From Azolla caroliniana (taxonomy: Eukaryota > Plantae > Polypodiophyta): DNA of 64,000 bases. Below are positions 40,001-52,517 of this stretch, piece after piece. Both the position numbers and the translations under genes were made by a program. Each line of letters begins with the position of its first letter. The stretch's first letter is position 1. The stretch is taken from NCBI GenBank assembly GCA_043228905.1, contig JBHGNT010000005.1, positions 21,762,001 to 21,826,000 on the forward strand, given 5' to 3'. The notes below the pieces were generated by a model. The model worked only from the letters and a program-made list of their open reading frames with translations. It searched no databases and was not told the DNA's origin.

Positions 40001-40791
40001 AGAAAAAGCAGCCATACAGCAAATGTACACCCATGCAAAAGAACGGTTAGGTTTGGACACTCTCGAACCGTTGCCAATTGTTAAGTGAAATCCTTTAAAA
40101 TCCCACTTTAAGAAAAGTCTTTGTGAATCGTGATGGCAATTCAAACTTGCTGTTTTTGTTTTATCTTCAACTCAAATTTTGAAGCTTTGAGCTTCAACAC
40201 AAATTGGAGTTTGAGATGAGGCATTGCCATTTGAAAACAACCAGAGCTAAAGGTAATAAAGAATAAAACAAGACATGTGTTTGAGAAAACTCAGAGCTTA
40301 TGAGTGAAAAAGATAGGCAAAAGAACAGAAGAAAAAACATATCATAAATGAAAGAGACAGAGAGAAAGAGAGAGAAAGATGACGATGTTAGAGATTAGAA
40401 GGACGCTGCTTAAAAGACCAGAAAGCCAAAACAGACAAAACCACGTCCTTGAAAGAAATTTTATCCTCCTAAAAAGGAATCAAAACGAAGAACAAAACTC
40501 AATCAGAGCCTATGGCTAGGGAACTACTGAAAAACCTCAAATCTTATGGTAATGTTACGTTAGGTATCGGGAAAAGCATAAAATCCACAAATCGTATGGT
40601 TAGGGCTAGGACTAGGTCTAGGTCTAGGGGAACAGAATCGAATGCCTACCATAAAAAACTAAGGAAAAAAACTCAAACAATGATTATGGATTATGATTAG
40701 GGTTAGGAAAACAGGAGTAAGTCCTACCGTCAAAACAGAGAACAAATCTCAACCAAAGGTTCGGATTAGGGTAGAGTTTACACTTATGCAT

Positions 40792-40828
<37 letters not shown>

Positions 40829-40984
40829 CTTCCTGAGCAATCGCTGGATGGATCGAATCTGGTTCTTGGTGGATGCCTTCTTCTCGCCGTTGTTCTTCCG
40901 CACAGAGAGGCATGCTTTGTCAGGAGCAGCAGAGGAGGAGGAGGAAGAGTGCCTGGCTCGCTTGCCATAGCCTCCATGGGCCAT
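37073..40984 (-). CDS. EFG1: EFG1-like rRNA-processing protein (DUF2361), 7 exons, ~376 aa
   Basis: Exons 40829-40984, 39810-39939, 39599-39744, 38345-38483, 38067-38178, 37816-37978 and 37073-37357 join in phase. They give MAHGGYGKR...KNQIRSIQRLLRK|PLPVEVKEAQ...MALRYRRVKFF|ERRKIERSIRRLEK...LKEDLEYVR|FFPKTEKYVSLF...|ETGSEDD...SEDDFF...DADDEWTD...KPRKRRPKKKK, the typical plant EFG1 motif series. Intron 5 needs a GC donor. Confidence 0.9.
38752..39329. repeat. Two adjacent tandem duplications in EFG1 intron 3 (150-bp x2, then ~143-bp x2)
   Basis: 38752-38901 repeats apparently perfectly at 38902-39051. About 39044-39185 repeats with several substitutions at about 39187-39329. Confidence 0.92.
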
Positions 40985-41264
40985 CTCTCAACACACAGGA
41001 TTCACAGATAGCGAGCGAGAGACAGACAGACAGACAGACGCAGACACAGACACAGACACAGAGAGCTACTATGGGGAGGGGAGGGAAGAAGGGGTCCTCC
41101 GAGGTTTTCCATATTTCCACCAAATGCCCCTCTCTGCGTCTCTTTCTCTGTTTTTACGTGTATTTTCCTTATTTCCACAAAATGCCCCTCACTGTTTCTG
41201 CCCTCTACTACTAGTCTTACTACATACACCGTTGGAGCCTCTACTACGGCTACTCAGCCTACGG

Positions 41265-41600
41265 AATCGGCAACGGTTCGGTTTCGGCTTAACCGGTTTG
41301 TCCTTGTCCGAACCAAACCGGTTAAGCCTTAACTAGTTTGGGAGTTTCCAAACTTGAATCGAAACGGTTCCTGAACTCGTTATGGCTAACCGATCTAGCC
41401 AAACCAGTTAAACCTAAACTTGTTTAGGAACCGGTTAAACCAAGTCGATCAAGCCTTACTGGTTTGGAAACCAGTTAAGGTCCAAATCGGTTCAGTTCAG
41501 CTTGAGCCATCCCAAACCAAGCTCAAACCGGTTAAGGAAGCTCATGCCTAAACAAAACCCCCAAACCATTTAGATACAAATTAACAGTTTGGTTCAACCT
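41265..41600. mobile_element. AACCGGTT/AAACCG-motif-rich non-autonomous DNA-transposon-like element upstream of EFG1
   Basis: Dense CGGTTCGGTTT, AAACCGGTTAAG and AAACCAGTTAA motifs in both orientations, typical of subterminal repeats in plant MITE-like elements. Termini and TSD are not resolved. Confidence 0.55.
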
Positions 41601-41655
41601 TGAGTCGAGCAATTGTCAATTCCTAGCTACTACTGCAAGAATTGGAGAGGAGTCT

Positions 41656-41695
<40 letters not shown>

Positions 41696-42035
41696 ATTGC
41701 CGGAGGATTCAATTGGTCCGTGTTTAAGCTCCACTCTTGCCTTCGAACATAACCTGAACCCAACCTTATGGGGCATAGGCTCCGATGTTGCCCCCTGCAT
41801 AGGGGCCTCCTACAATTGAATAGACTGTTCAAACTCCCTACATGCAAGGTTTTTTGCTATCTTTTTCTATTTCTACCAGGTTTTGCTCCACTATTGTATG
41901 CTTCTCGTCAATTTAATGCTATAACAGTTGTAAAACACAAGAAGTTGTTTTTAAGAGGGGAATAACATTTTCATTATGATTAGCCATAGTAGACATGGAG
42001 ATAGGATCAAAGCTTTGATATATAATAATGGTCTT

Positions 42036-42069
<34 letters not shown>

Positions 42070-42799
42070 CATGACAAAACCTCATTTGTGTGATCATGTG
42101 CTTATCTTTCTCTAGCACCCCTTCACGGGATTTGCATGTTTGTCACTTCTCAACCTTAGTTAATGTAAACACCATATGGCTCGCTAGACATGGCTTGTAG
42201 CTTCTTCTCGGGAATTCCGAATGACAACTTGGATTTTTTGTTGTCATTCTCATGAAACCTTATAGATGCTCACACAATGAACACTTAAACATGCAAAATG
42301 GGACATCATCTCCTATTAATTTACACCAATTCATGTGTTGATCGATGATTTGTGCTTCACTTTTCAATCTAGAAGATTTGTTGTCACGAAATTACACGCT
42401 TGTGTGTCAAACTTGAGCAATACCACCAGAGATTTGAGCCAAAGTGGATGGGTTGCAAACTCGAATAGTTGTGTTGGAGACTTACGGCTACATGATATTT
42501 CATTTAGTTCATAGAGGGTTTGTTTTAGTGCTTTTTGAGTATGAGCCATATATAATATTTATCTATTAAAAATTTAATATCAAATAATAGTTACTCCATT
42601 GGTAAATATAATCATTCTAATTCTATAGGTGTAAGGTTCAAATAATACCTTATGTGATTACATTTAGGTGGCATATTAGGCCTATATGCCCATGTTATTA
42701 TTTGTATTCCCTATCCAAAGGTTGGAGGAGGAGAAGGCTCGAGAAGGAGAATGTTGGACGTGGAATGTTTCAATCCTCTTCTCTGTCACACACAATGTC

Positions 42800-44135
42800 T
42801 CACTTGGTAGTCGAAATCACGATTTTGAAAAAATCTAACACGAAGCTATTCTACATATATTTGAAGACTTGTCTTTTCGTGAATGTTGCTCCAAATCTGT
42901 GTAAGTTTGCACTTTGAACTCAGAATCACAAATTGAAAATTACAACACAATCCCTAATGGGTCAAGAATAACATTATATATTAGATTTCTAAAATTAATC
43001 TTATATGGATTGAATACCAAAAAGTTGATTACATTAAAGATTAAAAGATCAGTCTAAATACAAACGAGATCATTCTCGACTCCGTTACATGGAATGGATT
43101 GAAAGGTAAGAAGATAAGAAGGTAAAGTTCTATCGGTTAGAGCTTTGAAGGGATATCCTTGAGTTCTTGTTTAAGTTAACTAGCGAGATGATGTCATGAT
43201 GTGGAAAAAACATAGGGGAAATTAAGTTAAACTAGGAATATTAAAAAGGTTGAATGATAGATCGAGGGTGTGTTAAGAAAGGCATATTATGAGATGGAGT
43301 TGAATACAAGAGAAATGTTTAATTCAATTGGTAAAAGCATGTGCTATGGGTGGGATGTCAACTATTAAACTCCTACTTGGACTATAGGAGATTAAGTTGA
43401 TGAATGAATGTAATGGTGGGCATTATGATTACCCTTTTGCTAGCATCAGGCACCCAAAGGAAAGGTAGAGCATGCAAGTAAAACAAAGGTGTGGTGCATG
43501 CAAAAATAAAAACACCCACTTTTTTTTATCTAGGAGAGAGCCTCTCGAATCCTATAAAAAGGGGGAGAAGGCTCATTATTAGGGGCGAAAACGTTATAGA
43601 CATGGAAGTGTTGCAGAATGCTAGAGAGAGAGTTAGGGTTGTGAATTACGAGGCGTGCGAAATCAACAACGACAAGGTGACATGGTCGTCATCCGTTGAG
43701 ACATTGTACCGAAACTTGAGGATATCCCCTTGAAGCTCTAATTGTGATCTTATCAACTTCATTTACTCATATCTTATTCCTATCCTTCTTTTGTCACTTG
43801 TTCACTACATGTAACAGAGTCGAGAATTTTCCCATTGTAATTTCACACTCTTAAACTTATTGTTGCCTAAACAAAATTAATATAATATTTATTTTGCTAT
43901 TTTGTGCAACCCCTTGTTTAAGTATCTGACATGAAGACTTCACTACAAGGATCATGTTGAAATTTTCGGCTTGGAAGTCTGAGCTTGGGACACAAAGTTA
44001 CACGAAATTTTGCAAAATCCACATAAACAAGTCAATGAATCGTCTTGTCGAGAAACTCTTAATGTCGATACAAATCCTTCATCATGAGGATGGTGGTGGA
44101 TTTTTCTGATTTTAATTCCGACCTTTGAATGTGTA
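42800..44135. mobile_element. Degenerate long inverted-repeat (foldback) element centred near 43450
   Basis: 43072-43091 matches the reverse complement of 43808-43827 (19/20). 43137-43165 matches 43713-43741 (24/29, all transitions). Weaker matches link 42800-42950 with 43955-44135. Confidence 0.7.
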
Positions 44136-44501
44136 ATAGCAACCTTCCGTAAATTTTTCAGGCGAAGAGACTCAAATGCATCACGCCAGTCAAAAAAGAC
44201 ATCGTCCACCAGATGGCACCCGAGGGCAAGGGGCAAGATGCTTGAAGAGGTTTAAAAATAGTAAATAAATAAATAATAATAAATAAACCAACCTTCGACT
44301 TGACTTGAAGGCTCATCCTCCGACTCTAGCGGCTTGTCGCAACCGTCGATGTTTGTTGCCGTCGAGCCACTTTCCCTCCGCCAACGTCTCTTGTCGATCG
44401 TTGTCGTCTTCCTCCAACAACCTTGCCATTGTATACCGTTGCATTTTGTTGGTCCTCACTAGTCATCTCAATCATCGTTGTTATCAATCGTGCGGGTGAT
44501 G
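44096..44501 (+). repeat. ~400-bp direct repeat, copy 1
   Basis: GTGGATTTTTCTGATTTTAATTCCGACC...AATCGTGCGGGTGATG, highly similar to 46287-46675. Copy 1 has an extra ~16 bp near its end. Confidence 0.95.
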
Positions 44502-44871
44502 AGAATATGCATAAGACTGTATCGACATGCATACATTTGAGCCATTCATATTTGCAATTTTTGTACCAAATATGCTTATCTATCACAAGTGTGAATCATG
44601 TAATGAAAATATGTACAAGAATGTATCAACATGCATGAATCTATAATTCTATATGTGTGTGTATGCATCAGCATATGTACATGCATTTGGACCAAATACA
44701 TACATGCATTATATATATGTGTATATATACATATATATAAATATACTCAATGCTTCTTTGAACCAAATACGTTCTAGCTTAAGTCTATTTGTGACAACAT
44801 TGATATGCATAAGAATGTGAAGGGCTTATGTGTTGATTCATTATAATGACTTGTATTTTTGTTTTCGAAAG

Positions 44872-45316
44872 GTTTGTCGAGAAATTCTCAAGGAACTTAT
44901 TTGTGGAATACAAAAACAAAGGAATTGATGTGCAGTGCCAGGTACTTATGTTCAACAGAAATCTTTTAAGATAGTTAATCGGAATGGGTTTTGCAACAAG
45001 TCCCAATTTTTATTAATTTGGAAAACACTTTCGTTTGCTATGTTATACACTTGATCAGGCACCATTGTATGTGGCGACTAAACTAGCATCCATAAGAAAA
45101 TCATCATTCTTTTGTCCTTCGCCGGGAGGGTATGCCCGTAGTGGGATAAGATGGATCGGTTACGAGCCAGTTTGCACACCTTATTGGCCACATTCAGTTA
45201 TATGGAAGGTGATTAGTGAACTTCCAACATCTGTCTTTGATTCGGTTCGTATGAAGTTATGTCTCACAATTCGCGCAAAGGGTAAAGCGAAGGATGCGAG
45301 AAAAAAGGAACAGTGA
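44872..45316 (+). pseudogene. KCR: Orphan last two exons of a very-long-chain 3-ketoacyl-CoA reductase (KCR1/GL8-type SDR)
   Basis: Exon 44872-44941 (FVEKFSRNLFVEYKNKGIDVQCQ), GT-AG intron 44942-45058, and exon 45059-45316 (APLYVATKLASIRKSSFFCPSPGGYARSGIRWIGYEPVCTPYWPHS...KDARKKEQ*). This matches the KCR C-terminus (GIDVQCQVPLYVATK...CTPYWPH). No exon with the Rossmann TGxxxGIG motif was found in the window. Confidence 0.88.
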
Positions 45317-46286
45317 AAGTAGGAATATATAACTTCTCTCGTATGATGTGGTCATTTGTTTGTTCGTTGATCTTTATGAGCATAGGGTATTTTAGTTGGT
45401 TTGAACTCCAATAGGTAATAATAATTACATAAGAGCAAGGCTAAGATGAGGGTTTGGGAAGTTTTTAACTGTGATGGAGGAGTCTACTGGTAAACAGGTG
45501 AGATGTGATGATTGGTTTAGCTGTTGAGTGCACATTTCACAATGTTTGAAATGCTCCTTGGACATTGTGACCTTTTCTCTTGAATTGGAGTTTTGGATAT
45601 GTTTTTCATGTTTCCAGACTGTCAAATTCCTTCCAGCATGTTCTTCTTGGGTGTGTGGTACATAATCAGTTTGAATCGAAATGTCTAAACTGTGTAACAT
45701 TGCTAATTTGGTAGTATCAAATGGAATATGTTTTTTGTTTTTGAAAATATTTAGTACAAAAGCAACAAAATGTAAAATTGACGGTTCTCTTTTATGATGT
45801 ATGTGATTTATGATCTGTTTTTTTCTATTATCTCTGAGGGGATGAACTTGTGCTGGAAGTAGTCTTGTTTTAAGTTTAGGGAATCTAATCACAACCTCAG
45901 TTGAGCAAAGTTGACATGTGTCCAAGGTCCCATCCACATGCAGTCAATTAGTGTGAAATTGAGAAGAATAGTTGCGTGCTTTTGTTATTATGGATCCATA
46001 TATATGCAGTCAATCAATGTGAAACTGAGAAGAATAGCTATGTGCTTTTGTTACATGATGATCATTGATATATCAAGGGTATGTAGAGGTGATCAAATTG
46101 AGCTCTTTGTTTGCTTAGCATGATTTCTAATTGTTGACCGAAATTTAACCATCGACCACGAAGTCTTGACAAATGCATTTAGATCTTTTCGGTAGCTATT
46201 CTCCATGCAATAGTGACCTTGTTGAGTTCTTGGATCCTCCTAGATGTCTGATCCTTTTACTTTGTTGTGTATTTTTGTATATTGTT

Positions 46287-46675
46287 GTGGATTTTTCTGA
46301 TTTTAATTCCGACCTTTGAATGTGTAATAGCGACCTTCCGTAAATTTTTCAGGTGAAGAGACTCAAACACATCACGCCAGTCAAAAAAGACATCGTCCAC
46401 CAAATGGCACCGAGGGCAAGTGGCAAGATGCTTGAAGAGGTTTAAAAATAGTAAATAAATAAATAATAATAAATAAACCAACCTTCGACTTGACTTGAAG
46501 GCTCATCCTCCGACTCTAGCAGCTTGTCGCAATCGTCGATGTTTGTTGCCGTCGAGCCACTTTCCCTCCGCCATCGTTTGTTGTCGATTGTTGTCGTCTT
46601 CCTCCAACAACCTTGCCATTATATACCGTTGCATTTTGTTGGTCCTCACTAGCCATCCCAATCGTGCGGGTGATG
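46287..46675 (+). repeat. ~390-bp direct repeat, copy 2
   Basis: See copy 1. The ORF-track translations 44305..44499 and 46495..46695 are near-identical. Confidence 0.95.
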
Positions 46676-47350
46676 TCAGCCCCCAAAATATATAAATAAT
46701 AATAAATAAATAAATAAATAATATACATATATGAATGTAAATAATTAAAATTGAATAATAGGATAGCATTTAGAATAATAATTGAATTAATAATAGTAGT
46801 AGTAAAATAGTTAAGCAATAGAAAGATAAAATTAAATAACAATGATAATACATTATTATTATTAAATAAAATAGTAAATAGATAATTACATAATTAAATT
46901 AATAGCAATTTCATTAATAAATTAAATATAGAAATAATATAATAATAATTGAAAACCATCCTCCATCGTCGACAAATACCCACACGCAATTGACCTACAA
47001 TTCAATACACTCACTAATTTGGACATCGACATCCTTGACCATCACATTTGGAAAACTTAAATCAACCCATCCTATATGATCGTCCCGCTCACATTTCACA
47101 TGCAAGCGCATAACTTCGCAATATTGGCTTCATTACCTCTCGTTGATGTTGTTGCCCTAGGATCCGAACTGATGTATACCCTTTTGGTGGCGAACTTGAT
47201 GGAGATAGTTTTCAAATACCTCTGAGCTATTAGCTTACATAACTTTACATGATTAATGTTAATCTCTCTCTCGTACACGTGATCAAAGAATTTAAAGCAA
47301 ATACAATGTATTATTATTACCACTCCTTAATACATAGCGATTGAGCATAT

Positions 47351-47416
<66 letters not shown>

Positions 47417-47419
<3 letters not shown>

Positions 47420-50400
47420 TGAAAGTGGTAACATGGAATGTGAGAGGGGCATGTTCTCCTCATAAGAAGTATATATTATGGCAAACTTTATTAAGTAAAG
47501 AATGGGATATATTATGTGTAGTTGAGCATAAGTGTCACGAGTTAGCAGGATCCACAGTTAATTTGCGTGGATATTCATCATTCTATGCAGGACATCTTAA
47601 TAATCGTTAATCAGGTGTGGTATTAATCGTGCGGGATAAGTATTTTCCTCAAGTGGTGCATAATGATCCTTATGGTTGGTTTTTGGTTCTAGAAATCACT
47701 TTTTTAGGCGAGGTTGTGTGGGTGGTTGGGATTTATGCCCCTAACCAAGCCACTCACCGTATTGCATTATGGGGCTCACTCCGTCAAACCCTATGTGTGG
47801 GTCGTCTAGGATTATTTATGGGTGTTTTTAACCTGTGTGTTGATGCATCTCAATCTACGTATGAACATTCAATCATGGATGATCCTGAGCAACTTGCTTG
47901 GGATTCATTGGCTATGGAAGTTTTGAAGTTGGATGTTTGGACATGGTTGCATGGGAATGATCCAGGTTTTACTTTCCAATCCGCTCAACATAGACAAACA
48001 TGGAGTCGGTTAGATAGAATGTATGTGATGCACATTGATTCTTTTTTACCGACATCACTTCGTATGGCAATTTTACAAGATGTAGGAACTTCAGATCACT
48101 TTCCTATTTGTTTGGAGATTTGTGGTCATGCAATTGACATGTATAAATCCTTACTTGGAAAGCCTCCATTACGCTTTAACTCTTCTCTTTTGCTTCAACC
48201 TCACTTTGATTCTCTCATGGAGCAAATTTTGGTAAATTTTCCACAAGAAGTGAATCTTAAAGGAGTTAAAGCATGGGATATCACATTACGAAATATTAAG
48301 ATCGTTCATCGTATGTATGGAGTAACTAATGCTCAACGAAGAAGAGGTCTTCTTCTAAAATTCTCACTAGTTCTCTCTAGGTGTAATGCATTATTGATAC
48401 ATGCACCTTTAGATGAGGAGCTTTTGGATATCCAAAGTCAATTGCATGTTATTATTTCTCAGTTGCAATGCCAAAGTTATTGTTATGCAAAGATGCGACA
48501 ATTGAGGGATGGGCTCATAGATAATCAATGTCAATCCCATTTGTTTTTCCAAGCGTTACATTCTACTTATACTCGATCTAATGTGGTACATGTGAAGCAA
48601 GCTGATGAATGGATAGTGGATCCTATTAAAATAATTGACATATGTGTTCATTACTTTAAGGAGTTGATTGGCCCACAATTGTTAATGACAAATGAGGTGA
48701 GTAGAGCACATCATGAGTTTTATGATGTGGTTGGATGTATTGTGCATGAACTCATTAGTCATGAATTGGATGCGGATTTCATTGAGGATGAGGTGGACAC
48801 AGTTTTAAGGCATCTTCCTAGTGGTAAGAGCCTTGGTTGGGATGGCTTGACAAATGAAGTTTTTAAGCGATATTCACACATTTTAAAGGGGTCCTTAACT
48901 TTGATGTTTCAACATTCTTGGGATTCTGGTCGTATGCCTCAAGCTTGGAAGGTTGGTCTAATTAATTAGTTCCAAAGGTGGCATCTCCAGAGTCATTTCA
49001 TCAATGGAGATGTATTTCTTTGATGCGGGGGTTGTATAAGATATTTACAAAGGTCTTGGCAAATAGATTACAAAAGTATTTGCCAAAGTTGATACATCCC
49101 GCCCAATATGGTTTTATTGCAGGTAGGAATATATTGCATAATGTGTTGAATGTTCAAATGGCCATGGATTATGCTCGAAACACTCATCAAGAATTGATTA
49201 TGGTGCAATTAGATTCGGAGAAAACTTATGATCGTGTTAATTGGTCCTTTGTTTTTGGGTTAATGCATACAATGGACTTTGGACCTTGTATGTCTCGCCG
49301 CATATTTTTATTAGGACAAGATGCGGTGTCTCAAGTCATGCTTAATGGATGAGTTACATCAAATATTGCCCTTACAAGATCCGTTTGTCAAGGATGCCCT
49401 ATTAGCCCGTTGTTGTTTGCTATTGTTACTCATCCCTTGTTAGTGATGTTATCAAGGCTTGCAACAAATGGTGATATTGTGGGTCTACACCTTCCGTCTA
49501 GAGGGCAACTAGTTGCACAAGCTTTGGCTGATGATTCTTTCATGTTTCTACAAGCCTCATGAGAGAATCTTGAGAAGGGGATGCTTGTATGGAACCAATT
49601 TGCATTGGCTTCTGGATTACATATTAATTGGAGGAAGTCTAGTCTCATATCATGTACTGAAAGGGATTTGGAATGTTTAGGATGGCAAGGATCTGTGGTG
49701 AAGAAAGGCTCTATTTTTCGACACTTGGGCTATCCACTAGGAATGAATGTTACAAATGGTCAATTGAGTGAATGTATGTCTAGTAAGTTGAGGGATAAGT
49801 TCATGTATTGGAAATCACAATCTTGGCCATTTCATGTACATTTGAAGGTTGTACAATATATTATGGAACCTATGATATTATATTACTTGTCATTGCTGTC
49901 ATGGACAAAGAAGGCCTTGCATTCTATTTTGCAACCTCTTTGATATTTGTTGTGGAAGAAAAGGGATAAGATGGGAATCACTTGGGTTGCATGGAATCAT
50001 CTAGCAACTGTTAAGCGCTTGGGGGGAGCTGGAGTATTGAACTTATCTAAGCATATGATGGCTCGTAGATTTTCATTATTACAAGACATGTGTTCAAACT
50101 CACAACCATGGATATCTATTGTTCAATATTTCATTGAGAACAAGGGTTTAACACATGGGAGGACAACAATCAAGGCTTCATGGTGGCAATTACTACATGG
50201 ATGTATTTCACTTAGGATTCCGGGCTCTACATTTGTTCAGCACTTGATTACCTCATGGCAAGAAGCACTCTTGTTAATTGTATGGAAACCATCATCTAGT
50301 AGAGAGCATTGTAATTCTTTGCAAAAAAAGTTACTTTTGTCTTCTCGGTTATTATGTTGGCCAAGAAAGGAGAGATTACGCTCTCAATTTAATCATTTGT

Positions 50401-51337
50401 TTCGTTTGGGGGTCAAAGAGGTGGGAGATATAGTTGAGGATCCATCTCAAAGAATTTTGGAGTTTGTTGAAGCACGGGAGTTATTACACATTCCGCCTAA
50501 TTATGGGTTTATTTGGCAACAACTCCATTGATGCAAGGTCCCTTGCCTCTACAAACATGAGAACAACCGTGGATTGATTGGTGTTTAAAGGGCCAAACAT
50601 CGTTGTTACAAGTGACTACTAATCTTTTGTATCATTGCTCTGTTGAGTCTCTTGGATGGTTATCATCTAAGGCTGAAGAAGAATGGAGATTGCACAAATG
50701 TGATCATGGGTGGTGACAAATCTTACAACGTAGTTGGCATTCTAAATTGCCACTTGTAGCAAAGGTCTTCATTTGGAGAGTTTTGATTGGAGGATTGCCT
50801 TTGGGATTAGTTCTAAAGCGTCATGGACTAGCAACGGGTAATTGCTTTTTTTGCACTGTTCAAATGGAAGATAGTACTCATCGATTTATACAATGCCCGA
50901 TCGCTTCTCAGATTTGGAGTTACATTTCTCAAATTTGGCAAGTTTTATCACGGTGTTATTTGACACCTAGACAATGGGTGTTTGCACAATTTACACAGGT
51001 GGAGCTAAAGTCAGAGATGGAGATTGTTTTTCTATTTTTGAGATATTGGGGATTGCATCATAATTGGAATATGCGCAACACTTTTGTATTCGATGGTAGA
51101 CATGGAGTGAAAGCATATCTACGAAAGTTGAAGGGAGTATTAATGTGACAATTTTCTTTGTTGGAGCAAGTGGAAATCCTTTCCTCGGTGGAATGTTCGT
51201 CTTGCCTATTGGCAATTCAACATGTTCCATTACCCATGTAGTGTAGTGTTGTTAGTGGGTGATCATACTTCATGGTCACACCCATTGTAAGTAGTGTTTT
51301 TTACACACATTTATTAATATAATTGTGTGTTTTCACC
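47417..51337 (+). mobile_element. L1-type LINE with a near-complete ORF2 (APE endonuclease, RT, zf-RVT), flanked by (GA)n on both sides
   Basis: KVVTWNVRG, WSRLDRMYV, SDHFPI (EN); GKSLGWDGL, QYGFIAGRNILHNV, QGCPISPLLF, ALADDS (RT); CFFC..EDSTHRFIQC (zf-RVT). A few in-frame stops and frameshifts. GA tracts at 47354-47416 and 51338-51364. Confidence 0.95.
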
Positions 51338-51364
51338 AGAGAGAGAGAGAGAGAGAGAGAGAGA

Positions 51365-51600
51365 TGAAGTATATAATAAAGAGGTGAGAAAATTGGGCTT
51401 CAAACCCAAGACACAATGCTTGTAATGCTATCAACTTACCACTAGGGTAAGATAATTACTATAAAAAAGAGAGAGAGAGATATGAAGTATTTAATAGAGA
51501 GGTGAGGAAATTGGGTTTCGAACCCAAGACACAATGCTTATAGTGTTATCAACTTACCACTAGGGTAAGCTAATTACGAAAAGAGAGAGAGAGAGAGAGA
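51365..51600 (-). repeat. Tandem 118-bp units, each with a tRNA-like motif on minus and a GA tract
   Basis: Units start at 51365 and 51483. The minus strand of the second unit reads CTTACC-CTAGT-GGTAAG (A-box-like hairpin) ... TTGGG-TTCGAAA-CCCAA (T-arm/B-box). There is no convincing acceptor or anticodon stem, so it is not called a tRNA gene. Confidence 0.75.
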
Positions 51601-52517
51601 TTAGAGTTTGGTTTACTAACCTCTATTACTAATCTCTCTTAGAAGTTAGCTCTTAATTACAATTAGGGAGATAGCAAAGGAGGCTTAGCACATTAATCAT
51701 TAGGAGAAACTCTTAAGATTTCAAAAGAACTATAAAAGACATTGCAAAGTGGCTTTTATAGTTTTTATAAAGGAAGTATGTTTATTTCACACTAGCTTGC
51801 CCATTGGCTTACATTTCATTCTACTCAGTTCATTCTATCCCCCCTTTATTAGATTGGTTGCTTGGTGTTCCTTGTTGGTGCCCATATTTGTTCTATCTCT
51901 AATGCCCTCAATTCGGTAATCCAAGCTTGTTCAAGATTTTGACATGCTTCCACCTCGATCCAAAATTCCCTCTACAATGAGCTTGGTTTTAAGAGGGGCC
52001 TTACCAAAATGCTAAGTTTCTTTTTTGTTGCACTCGACATCGAGACTCGACTAATTCAAAAAATAATTACGTCCCTTTTGCACTCTTACCATACGCCCTA
52101 GCTACATGCCTTGCAAGATTCATACCTCTAACATTCCACTCCTAATGTAAGCTCTTGACAATTGAGTTGTTCATGTTTGTTGTCTTTGACCTTCTTTTTG
52201 TACTTCCTCTCTACCCTTCAATCCTTCATATAAATTTAGTTTAAATTTATATAAAATTAGTTTCCTAACGTGTGCTTTCGACATCATGATACCATGCATG
52301 TGATCCTCAATTGACGCAAATTATAAAAGATATAACCAAAATCCTTTCCATAAACTTATATAAGAAATTTACAACCATAGATTGACATATTCGCATTCGT
52401 GGGGGACTCCCAAACGAATGCATATGAATATGAATACGAGTGCATGAAAAAAGTATTCCTAAAAAAAAAGGAAAAAGTTCATAAACTTCCTCTTTTTAGT
52501 TTTCTAGATATAAAAAA

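Noticed and set aside
44096-46675. Direct repeats as LTRs of a TRIM/LARD
   Set aside because: No TG...CA ends, PBS, PPT or TSD were found on either strand.
46676-46950. Extremely AT-rich tract and ORFs 46503-46842
   Set aside because: Low-complexity sequence; the ORFs are compositional artefacts. TGTCAG at 46674 could not be paired with a matching end or TSD.
51391-51575. Functional tRNA genes (also at 21524-21588 and 60620-60820)
   Set aside because: D- and T-arm-like parts are present, but there is no convincing 7-bp acceptor stem or anticodon arm. Kept only as tRNA-like motifs.
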